Of a stretch of DNA of 24,000 nucleotides, positions 8,017-15,637 are shown one piece after another (position 1 is the first letter of the stretch; the number at the start of each line of letters is the position of its first letter). A program made the position numbers and the translations under genes. The notes under the pieces were generated by a model, which was not told the DNA's origin, did not search any database, and worked only from the letters and a program-made list of their open reading frames with translations. This DNA is from an uncultured Rickettsiales bacterium (GTDB taxonomy: Bacteria; Pseudomonadota; Alphaproteobacteria; Rickettsiales; Arcanibacteraceae): assembly GCA_964643145.1 (NCBI GenBank), contig CAZXPG010000012.1, positions 3,485 through 27,484 of the forward strand, in the 5' to 3' direction.

Positions 8017-9243
8017 ATGAGTGCTAATCCAGAAAATTTTTCTAAACAGCTAATGGCGGTGGCGGTTATTTTCTTTAGTATGCTTGGAGCTGGCACCTCA
8101 ATGGGGATGAATGCGGTAATATTCTCTATAAGCCTGAAGGATATGGACTGCCCCAGTATGATGATTGGTGCCATTTTAAGCCTAGAAATGCTGGCTATTC
8201 TGCTTACCCATGTTGCCTTATCAAGGTTTCCCGAAACACATCCACGTGTTTTTATGCTAGCATCAATGCTGTTCCGTATTACAGCATTGATAGTGATGCC
8301 TTTTTTCCTGACACCTCAATATTGGGTTATACTGATCATCATCCACGGGTTTGGAATGTTTACCTTCTTGATGCTGTTACAATCATGGCTTAATGCGATT
8401 CCCATTCAGAAATGTCGTGGCTTACTAATGTCAACATGGGGAACGGCACTTTCCATTGGGCTTACGGTTGGGCCTATGATTGTGACGGTAACCGAAGACC
8501 CTGCGCTTCCGGCATTACTCAAACCTATTCCCTATTTGCATGTATATGCTGATCATCTTCCCTTTTTAATCAGTACATTGATTAGTTTTATAGCCGTAAT
8601 ACCCATTCTTCTTGGTTGGTCACTGGCCCCAATGATAAAGCATAATAAATCTATCAAATCTATGACGATGCTTAAAGCCGAGCCGGTAGTAATGGCGGCA
8701 GGGTTGCTGGTGGGATGTTCTATTTTTGGGGTACAATCCTTTATCACACTTTATGGTATGATGAATAATCTTAATCTGCATGATGCGTTATTACTGTTAT
8801 CGGCATTTATGTTTGGGGCTTTCACTTTAGAAGCACCAATTGCAACATTATCCGATATCTTTAAGCGCGAAAAAGTCATGATGATTGCAGCGGGGGTTGG
8901 GCTTATATGCGCAGCTTGCTTACCTATTGTTATCTATAACCAATATCAGTCTTGGCTTTTGCTCTATATTTGGGGAGGGGTTGATTCGGCGATGTTTTCC
9001 ATTTCTCTCGCGACATTGGGGGAACGTTTTAGTAAAGACTATCTGATTGTTGCAAACCGTACATTCTTTACCATGCACGTGATAGGAGGTGCTATTGGTG
9101 CATTTATGATAGGTACAATTATGGAATTGTTCCAGTCAGATGGATTACCTTACAGTATCATGATTGCTACTGTTATCTATATTGTATACAGCCTTGCATA
9201 TTATATTTCATCCATGGGTCGAGAGGAAAAAATAGTTGTATGA
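8017..9243 (+). CDS. MFS-type transporter, substrate unknown
   Basis: 408-aa ORF that is almost entirely hydrophobic, with about 12 predicted TM helices arranged as two halves around a central loop (KHNKSIKSMTMLK). I recognised no specific subfamily motif. Confidence 0.8.
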   Translation: MSANPENFSKQLMAVAVIFFSMLGAGTSMGMNAVIFSISLKDMDCPSMMIGAILSLEMLAILLTHVALSRFPETHPRVFMLASMLFRITALIVMPFFLTPQYWVILIIIHGFGMFTFLMLLQSWLNAIPIQKCRGLLMSTWGTALSIGLTVGPMIVTVTEDPALPALLKPIPYLHVYADHLPFLISTLISFIAVIPILLGWSLAPMIKHNKSIKSMTMLKAEPVVMAAGLLVGCSIFGVQSFITLYGMMNNLNLHDALLLLSAFMFGAFTLEAPIATLSDIFKREKVMMIAAGVGLICAACLPIVIYNQYQSWLLLYIWGGVDSAMFSISLATLGERFSKDYLIVANRTFFTMHVIGGAIGAFMIGTIMELFQSDGLPYSIMIATVIYIVYSLAYYISSMGREEKIVV

Positions 9244-9704
9244 TAAATATACTACTCACAGTTCAAGAATTGGTTAGGTTGCAATGTGAGCAGACTATGC
9301 TTGAGTGCAAGCAATGCTGCATAAAGCAGGCATTGCGCGGCATTTCCGCGTTCCCTGCATTCTGCAGGAACGTAAAAATAAGGACTATACTGAAACCACT
9401 CTTCAAGTGGTTTCAGTACATCACTCCCAAAAAATGGCTGCTTCCATTCTCTGTGATGCTATTACTATCTATAGGAGCGGCCGCTAACGCAGAATACCAC
9501 AAAGAAACTCAAGAAGAGCGCACAATGCGAGTGGGGTTATGCCAGCAGAGGTGTTTTCTATCAGAAAAGCATTGCCTTTATGGTGTCGCTGAAGATAGCC
9601 ATTCTTCCAGCGAAGAGAAACAACAGAAAACGACAGAATGTGCTACAATACATGAAAAATGCCATAAAGGCTGTGATGTCGATTTGGTGCTTGGGGGGCA
9701 ATAA
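9240..9704 (+). CDS. Doubtful ORF; if real, probably only the C-terminal small Cys-rich protein starting at GTG 9453 or ATG 9456
   Basis: The ATG at 9240 overlaps the MFS stop codon as ATGA, but the first ~60 codons are read straight through the palindrome mosaic. Residues 64-84 (KKWLLPFSVMLLLSIGAAANA) look like a signal peptide. The tail has 7 Cys, including CQQRC and CHKGC. No homology was recognised. Confidence 0.3.
   Translation: MINILLTVQELVRLQCEQTMLECKQCCIKQALRGISAFPAFCRNVKIRTILKPLFKWFQYITPKKWLLPFSVMLLLSIGAAANAEYHKETQEERTMRVGLCQQRCFLSEKHCLYGVAEDSHSSSEEKQQKTTECATIHEKCHKGCDVDLVLGGQ
9246..9418 (+). repeat. Mosaic of palindromic units: copy C of the element plus five further hairpins
   Basis: Copy C has arms at 9246-9260 and 9285-9298 (11 of 14 positions pair) and the same 24-nt spacer. 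The further hairpins are 9298-9303/9308-9313, 9311-9320/9326-9336, 9336-9340/9346-9350, 9349-9359/9363-9372, and a 13-bp stem 9388-9400/9406-9418. Parts of this mosaic recur in inverted orientation at 15413-15498. Confidence 0.85.
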
Positions 9705-9710
9705 CCCCCT

Positions 9711-11486
9711 TTATCCCGCGAATTGCAGCTTTGCTAAGCGGGCGTAGAGGCCGTTTTGCTTCAGCAGTTCTTCATGGGTACCCACGGCTTCAATATGGCC
9801 TTCATTTACCACCACAATGCGATCAGCTTTCAGCACCGTGGCCAAACGATGGGCAATCACCAGCGTCGTACGCGTTCCCATCAATGTTTCGAGGGCTTTC
9901 TGTACGAGACGTTCATTTTCTACATCCAGATTGCTAGTGGCTTCATCTAAGAGCAATATAGGCGGGTTTTTAAGCAATGCCCGTGCTATGGCAATACGCT
10001 GCCGTTGCCCACCAGAAAGCCGGACACCACGCTCCCCTAAAAATGTATATATGCTTTCTGGTAATTTTTCCAGGAACTCCCATGCCTCGGCCAATTTAGC
10101 CGCCCGGATAACGTCCTCTTCGCTAGCATCATCTTTCCCATAACGGATATTATCATAGGCACTGCCCGAAAAAATAACCGGCTCCTGTGCCACCATACCA
10201 CACTGACTGCGTAATTCTTTCAGCAACAGTTGGTCAATCGCTATCCCATCCAGGGTAATTAAACCATGCTGCGGATCGTAGAAGCGTAAGAGAAGCTGGA
10301 GCACGGTGCTTTTCCCCGCACCCGATGGGCCAACCAGTGCCACGGTTTCACCCGCCTTTACATGTAGGGAAAAATCATGCAGGGACGGGGTGTGCAGACG
10401 TGCTGGGTAGGAAAATGTCACATGCTGAAAACAAATTTCCCCCTTTATAGGAATAGGCAATGCCACTGGCGTTGGCGGATCGATAATATCGGAAGGGGCA
10501 GAGAGTAGTTCAAATAGCCGTTCTGTAGCCCCTGCGGCGCGCTGTAGATCACCTGCTACTTCACTCAGTGCCCCCAGGCTACTTGCCACCAATATCGCGT
10601 AGAAAATGAAGGAGGAAAGCTCTCCAGCGGTCATTTTTCCCGCCAGCACATCATGCCCACCCACCCATAATACACAAGCAACCGAACCAAACACGGTGGA
10701 AATGACAATCGCCACCAATATCGCCCGCACCCGCACCCGTAACACCGCCGTATCAAGTGCCTCCTGCACCCGATTGCTGAAAATATCACATTCTGCTTTC
10801 TCACGCGTATAAGCTTGCACCGTTTTAATGCCGTTAATCGATTCCTCAATATGGGCACTGATATCAACAATCTTATCCTGTGCTAGCCGCGATAAACGCC
10901 TCACCCGCCTGCCAATCACGATAATGGGAACAAGCACCAGTGGTACAATCACCAACACATAGGCGGTGAGCTTGGCGCTGGTAATGATAAGCAGCACCAT
11001 CCCCCCCACCAACATTAGCAGGTTACGCAGGGCTATAGAGAGCACGGTGGCAATAATACCGTTCAGCAACGTTGTGTCGGTAGTGAGGCGTGAAAGTACA
11101 TCCGAGGTTTTATTTTGCTCAAAAAAACTGGGAGAGACACGAATAATATGGTTATATACATCGCGCCTGAGTGCCGCCACCACCCGTTCGCAGAGAATAT
11201 TAATTAAGGAAGCACGGGTATAGGTAGCGGCTGCGAGCAGAAGAATCACAGCAAGCAATACCAACAGCGATTTATCCAGCAGATGCGGATTATGCGCACT
11301 AAATCCTTTATCAATCAAATATTCAATACCTTTACCTAACCCCAGCACCGAGGAGGAGGTGAATATCAGGGCGACAAACACCCCAACCATCGCTTTTTTA
11401 TGCGGACGCAAATAAGGAATGATCGGTAAAAGACTATGCAACTTTCCCTTGGAGAGAGAGGAAGAATCACTATTTTTTCTAGGCAT
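9711..11486 (-). CDS. ABC exporter, fused permease/ATPase half-transporter (ABCB, MsbA/Atm1-like)
   Basis: An N-terminal six-helix TMD is followed by an NBD with Walker A GPSGAGKST, signature LSGGQRQR, Walker B ILLLDEATS and H-loop AHRL. Confidence 0.93.
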   Translation of the reverse strand: MPRKNSDSSSLSKGKLHSLLPIIPYLRPHKKAMVGVFVALIFTSSSVLGLGKGIEYLIDKGFSAHNPHLLDKSLLVLLAVILLLAAATYTRASLINILCERVVAALRRDVYNHIIRVSPSFFEQNKTSDVLSRLTTDTTLLNGIIATVLSIALRNLLMLVGGMVLLIITSAKLTAYVLVIVPLVLVPIIVIGRRVRRLSRLAQDKIVDISAHIEESINGIKTVQAYTREKAECDIFSNRVQEALDTAVLRVRVRAILVAIVISTVFGSVACVLWVGGHDVLAGKMTAGELSSFIFYAILVASSLGALSEVAGDLQRAAGATERLFELLSAPSDIIDPPTPVALPIPIKGEICFQHVTFSYPARLHTPSLHDFSLHVKAGETVALVGPSGAGKSTVLQLLLRFYDPQHGLITLDGIAIDQLLLKELRSQCGMVAQEPVIFSGSAYDNIRYGKDDASEEDVIRAAKLAEAWEFLEKLPESIYTFLGERGVRLSGGQRQRIAIARALLKNPPILLLDEATSNLDVENERLVQKALETLMGTRTTLVIAHRLATVLKADRIVVVNEGHIEAVGTHEELLKQNGLYARLAKLQFAG

Positions 11487-11502
11487 TTCTATCCTGTTGT
11501 GA

Positions 11503-11931
11503 TTAGAAAGGCTTTATTACCACCAATAATACGATTGCTATCATGATTACTGTTGGTACCTCGTTAATGAAGCGGTAAAAACGGGCAGTATGATGGTTAG
11601 TTCCACGGTTAAAATCTTTCCGCCATTTGGCAAGCATCCCATGCAGGGCAGCAAGTATCAGCACCAACAATATCTTCACATGAAACCAGCCGCCTAAGCC
11701 TTGCATTCCCAGCTTGGCTACCAACCAGCCACCAAAGATAAACGTGGCAATCATCGCCGGGTTGATAATATAGCGAAGCAACCGCCGTTCCATCGTTTGC
11801 AGTAACACATCACTCTCAGAACCCACCGTTACAGTTGCATGATAGACATAGAGCCGCGGTAAGTAAAGCATACCTGCCATCCAGGAGATTACAGCAATAA
11901 TATGTAAGGCTTTCAGTAGGAGATAATCCAT
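11503..11931 (-). CDS. hemJ: Protoporphyrinogen IX oxidase HemJ (UPF0093/CopD-like family)
   Basis: Starting at MDYLLLKALHIIAVISWMAGMLYLPRLYVYH gives a 142-aa four-TM protein typical of HemJ. That ATG (11931) lies 4 nt after the hemH stop codon. The longer ORF in the track (to 12090) would overlap hemH. Confidence 0.8.
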   Translation of the reverse strand: MDYLLLKALHIIAVISWMAGMLYLPRLYVYHATVTVGSESDVLLQTMERRLLRYIINPAMIATFIFGGWLVAKLGMQGLGGWFHVKILLVLILAALHGMLAKWRKDFNRGTNHHTARFYRFINEVPTVIMIAIVLLVVIKPF

Positions 11932-11935
11932 TATG

Positions 11936-13009
11936 TTATTTCCTTTGCGCTGCGCATTTACCAAATTTTCCTGGGCAGTGATTACAGTTGTTATTCTCAT
12001 TACCAGAGAAAATAGTATAATCGCCTTCACTGTCCCAATTAGCAACGGTCTGGCACAGGCTACTGAGTGCCTCAATAAATAACGGCTCAATACCTAAAGC
12101 AGGTACGCGTATATAAGCAGGTATAGCGTGTTTCTGGGCCAGTTCACGATATTCAATATCAAGTTCCACCAATGTCTCTGAATGTTCCGATACAAATGCA
12201 ATAGGCACTACCACTACAGGCACGTTGTCCTTTCCTGCCCGAATAATTTCTTCTTCAGTCGATGGGCCTATCCATTTCAATGGCCCTACTTTGCTTTGAT
12301 AGGAGATAACCCAGTCCGGCTGTTTGGTTTTTAGGGTAAATGCTGCAACAATGAAAGCAACGGTTTGTTCGACTTGCCACTGATACGGATCACCCGCGTC
12401 AATCACTTTTTGCGGTAAACCATGCGCTGAAAAAATGATACGTGGCTCACCCGCTTTTGTTGCTTCCGCATAACAAGGCTCAATAGCGTTTAGATGGGCG
12501 GTAATAAAATGTGTGTTGTTATGATAACAGCATATAGCCTTAGTTTTAACATTAAACTGTTGTTTTACTGCTTCCTCTTTCCAATTTTTAAAGGAAGAGG
12601 CTGTAGTGGTGGTGGAGAATTGTGGGTAAAGGGGAAGAAGAATAACTTCATCAGGCCCATAAAGCTTCACTTTATTAACAATTTCATCACTAAACGGATA
12701 CCAATAACGCATAGAGATAAATACTTTATAGCTATTTTCACTATTTGGTATATTAGCTAAATGTTCTTCTAACGCATGTTGTTGCTGCATGGTAGAAGGC
12801 AGAATAGGGGAATAGCCCCCCATTTGAGCATAGATAGCCTCGGCCATAGCAGCACGTTTCTTGGTAATACAGGTGGCTATAAAGGAGCGTAAGGGCTTGG
12901 GTACATTTAAAATAGCAGGATCATTGAATAGGTTAAGCAGGAAGGGTTGTACCGCTTCTATACTATCTGGGCCACCAAGATTAAAAAGAACAACCGCTAT
13001 TTTTTTCAC
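11936..13009 (-). CDS. hemH: Ferrochelatase
   Basis: Contains VVLFNLGGPD, LPLYPQFS..TT, FSAHGLP and VSEHSETL. There is a C-terminal Cys-rich extension (C-x22-C-x2-C-x6-C). Confidence 0.95.
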   Translation of the reverse strand: MKKIAVVLFNLGGPDSIEAVQPFLLNLFNDPAILNVPKPLRSFIATCITKKRAAMAEAIYAQMGGYSPILPSTMQQQHALEEHLANIPNSENSYKVFISMRYWYPFSDEIVNKVKLYGPDEVILLPLYPQFSTTTTASSFKNWKEEAVKQQFNVKTKAICCYHNNTHFITAHLNAIEPCYAEATKAGEPRIIFSAHGLPQKVIDAGDPYQWQVEQTVAFIVAAFTLKTKQPDWVISYQSKVGPLKWIGPSTEEEIIRAGKDNVPVVVVPIAFVSEHSETLVELDIEYRELAQKHAIPAYIRVPALGIEPLFIEALSSLCQTVANWDSEGDYTIFSGNENNNCNHCPGKFGKCAAQRK

Positions 13010-13016
13010 ACATCAC

Positions 13017-14051
13017 CTATAAGTTGCGCACCGTGTTAATCATAATCTCAACATTCTCTATGGGCGTTTCTGGCAATATGCCATGTCCTAGATTATAAAT
13101 AAAGGGGCGATTACGAAATGCAGTACAGATTTTTGTTGTTCGTTCGATAAGAGTAGTGTTATTGCCCAATAATAATAAAGGATCAAGGCATCCTTGCAGG
13201 GTTATAGTGTTAGGAATATGGCTATTAACCCAGGATAGTGGCATATATTGGTCGATACTTAGGCCATTTATACCAGTTTTTGTAGCATAACGTTCATATT
13301 CTATACCAGCCCCTTTAGGAAAACCAATAATAGGAACGTTAGGGTGGAGTATATGTATGGAATCTACAATTTTTTTAGTTGGTTCGATGACAAAGCGGGT
13401 AAACTCATCTTCTGCTAAAATACCTGACCAGGAATCAAATAATTGTATTACTTCAGCACCTGCACGTATTTGTGCATCGATATGCAGGATCGTTGCTTCG
13501 GTTAGGATGGATATCAACCTGGAAAGCAGTTCAGGTGATGAATAGGCCATCGTTTTAGCAAGAATGAAATCCCTACTACTTCTGCCTTCAATCATGTAGG
13601 TGGCTACGGTCCAAGGACTTCCTGCGAATCCTATTAATGCTGTAGTTGTGGGAAGTTTAGCAGAAATTGAACTTACTGCTTCATATACCGGTGCTAAGTG
13701 AGAAAGAACATTCTCAATTTTTAACCGTTGTAGATCTTTTTCTTCACGTATGGGTGCAACAACAGGGCCCTCTCCTTCTTTGAAGGTAACATTATTTCCA
13801 AGTGCATCAGGAATAACCAATATATCAGAGAATAAAATAGCAGCATCGCATCCAAATCTTCGTATAGGTTGTAATGTTACTTCCACTGCAAGAGCAGGGG
13901 TGTAGCATAATGTTAGGAATGAACCTGCTTGTTGTCGAATTTTGCGATATTCAGGGAGATATCTGCCTGCTTGTCGCATCATCCATAGTGGAGGTGAAGA
14001 ACAGCTATGGCCGTAAAGTGCTTGAAGGATGGGTTTCTTGGAGTGAAGCAT
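13017..14051 (-). CDS. hemE: Uroporphyrinogen decarboxylase
   Basis: Contains the UROD signature PPLWMMRQAGRYLPEYR, plus FSDILV and GFAG.PWT motifs. It is transcribed away from the adjacent DnaA-box region. Confidence 0.95.
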   Translation of the reverse strand: MLHSKKPILQALYGHSCSSPPLWMMRQAGRYLPEYRKIRQQAGSFLTLCYTPALAVEVTLQPIRRFGCDAAILFSDILVIPDALGNNVTFKEGEGPVVAPIREEKDLQRLKIENVLSHLAPVYEAVSSISAKLPTTTALIGFAGSPWTVATYMIEGRSSRDFILAKTMAYSSPELLSRLISILTEATILHIDAQIRAGAEVIQLFDSWSGILAEDEFTRFVIEPTKKIVDSIHILHPNVPIIGFPKGAGIEYERYATKTGINGLSIDQYMPLSWVNSHIPNTITLQGCLDPLLLLGNNTTLIERTTKICTAFRNRPFIYNLGHGILPETPIENVEIMINTVRNL

Positions 14052-14567
14052 AACAAATAATAATAATAATATTTATATCTTTATTGTAGATGTTGTTGTA
14101 GGGGCTGTTTTTATGTGGATACAATGTTATCCACATAATAATCCACCTTATTTGATTTAAAAATCTTTTTTTAGAAATTGTGATTATCTATCTGAATAAC
14201 TCTTGTAATCTATTGGAATAGAATTGCTATTTTTATGTATAATTTTTGTTGATAGTTGTTTTTTCATATAGACTTATGTGTTTATACTGAAAATATACAG
14301 CATTGGGAAATGATTTATCCACATGTGTATGGTTCTGTTTTAAGAATGTGCGCCGTGTGGATAATTAGACGGATGGGGATAACTATGCATCTTATGCACA
14401 AAAAAGGAAGAATAATTTGCTGGATAGGTTCATTCGTGCTATATACTTCATACAGTATTAAATTTTAAACAGCCCTACTATATATAGTGTTTGGCGCATA
14501 ATATGAAAGGATAGGGGAGAAAAACTTATTCACATTTTTGTGTGAATAAATTCTAATGCATTGAAAT
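14052..14567. other. Chromosomal replication origin (oriC), hemE-linked alphaproteobacterial type
   Basis: Perfect DnaA boxes TTATCCACA lie at 14127-14135 and 14315-14323, with the reverse form TGTGGATAA at 14356-14364. One-mismatch boxes lie at 14114-14122, 14374-14382, 14526-14534 and 14541-14549. A very AT-rich stretch at 14052-14100, continuing to about 14280, is a candidate unwinding element. The gap is a 516-bp non-coding region between divergent hemE and DUF299, the arrangement described for Caulobacter Cori and Rickettsia. Confidence 0.8.
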
Positions 14568-15404
14568 ATGAAGCAAATTCATTTACATCTTGTGTCAGAT
14601 TCTACGGGTGAAACCGTGTGTAGTGTGGCGCGTGCGGCTATTGTGCAGTTTGAGGGAATTGATGCGGAAGAGCATGTCTGGTCACTTATTCGCACTAAAG
14701 TCCAGGTGGAACGTATCCTTACTGCTATTGAAGAGAAACCAGGTGTCGTCATGTTTACGGTTGTGGAAAAAGAATTGCGCGATATGCTGACTAGTGGTTG
14801 TGCGCGTTTGAATCTTCCCTGTATACCAGTATTATCGCGGGTGCTTGCCGATCTTTCTACCTATCTTAATATGAATATTAGCCCACAGCCTGGCAGGCAA
14901 TATGAGTTGGATGAGAATTATTTCTCGCGGATGGAGGCGGTGAACTTTACCTTGTCGCATGATGATGGCCAGTCATTACGCGATGTAGATGAGGCGGATA
15001 TTATTCTGGTGGGGGTATCGCGCACGTCAAAATCTCCCACCTGCGTATATCTTGCCCATCGGGGGTATCGTGCGGCCAATATCCCATTTGTAATGCATTG
15101 TCCGCTTCCTTCTAATTTTTCTACAATGACCAGGCCATTGATTGTCGGGCTGACGCTTAGTGCCGAACGGTTAATACAGATCCGTAAAAACCGCCTGCTT
15201 GCCCTCCATGAGGAGAAGGAAACCGATTATGTTAATATGGAGGCGGTGAAAGAAGAAATTGCCGCTGCGCGCCGGTTATTTATGCAGCATGGTTGGCCGG
15301 TGATTGACGTAACACGCCGTTCGGTTGAGGAAACCGCCGCCACCATTATTCAATATTACCAGGATAAAAAAGGTAACAGCCGTAACCCCCATATTATTAC
15401 GTGA
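14568..15404 (+). CDS. Pyruvate, phosphate dikinase / PEP synthase regulatory protein family (DUF299, PDRP)
   Basis: The N-terminus HLHLVSDSTGETV and the P-loop-like GVSRTSKSPT are typical of DUF299 kinase/phosphotransferases. The gene occupies the position of RP001/CC0001 next to alphaproteobacterial origins. Confidence 0.9.
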   Translation: MKQIHLHLVSDSTGETVCSVARAAIVQFEGIDAEEHVWSLIRTKVQVERILTAIEEKPGVVMFTVVEKELRDMLTSGCARLNLPCIPVLSRVLADLSTYLNMNISPQPGRQYELDENYFSRMEAVNFTLSHDDGQSLRDVDEADIILVGVSRTSKSPTCVYLAHRGYRAANIPFVMHCPLPSNFSTMTRPLIVGLTLSAERLIQIRKNRLLALHEEKETDYVNMEAVKEEIAAARRLFMQHGWPVIDVTRRSVEETAATIIQYYQDKKGNSRNPHIIT

Positions 15405-15412
15405 AAAGGAAT

Positions 15413-15498
15413 TGTATAGACCTTATTTTTGTGTTCCTGCATTCTACAGCATTGCTTGCACTCAAGCGTTGTCTGACTCATCATTTGTGAGCAGACTA
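15413..15498 (-). repeat. Palindromic mosaic, copy D (inverted, internally deleted copy of 9246-9390)
   Basis: 15413-15440 matches the reverse complement of 9363-9390 at 25 of 28 positions. 15447-15467 is an exact 21-nt reverse complement of 9298-9318. 15470-15498 is a short-loop version of the ctgctcaca/tgtgagcag hairpin. Confidence 0.85.
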
Positions 15499-15637
15499 GG
15501 TGCGTCAAAAAACTTTGCTTGCTGGTTTGACAAATGGGAGAATTTCAAGGATAATCGGCGTAGTTTCCGCATGATTTCATCTACATCTAAAGCCGAACCG
15601 ATGTGTAGGCTTCAATTATTTTTTGGCACAATGTGTT

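Noticed and set aside
11932-12090. N-terminal extension of the hemJ ORF, overlapping hemH by 155 nt
   Set aside because: The internal ATG at 11931 gives a HemJ of canonical length that starts 4 nt after the hemH stop codon. The extension would be translated from the hemH coding region in another frame.
14256-14468. 70-aa ORF inside the hemE/DUF299 gap
   Set aside because: It runs through the DnaA-box cluster of the putative origin, has no ribosome-binding site and has an implausible composition. I treat it as non-coding origin DNA.
14052-14567. CtrA binding sites (TTAA-N7-TTAA) in the origin
   Set aside because: I scanned every TTAA in the gap by eye and none has a partner at the required spacing. 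No CtrA site is claimed.
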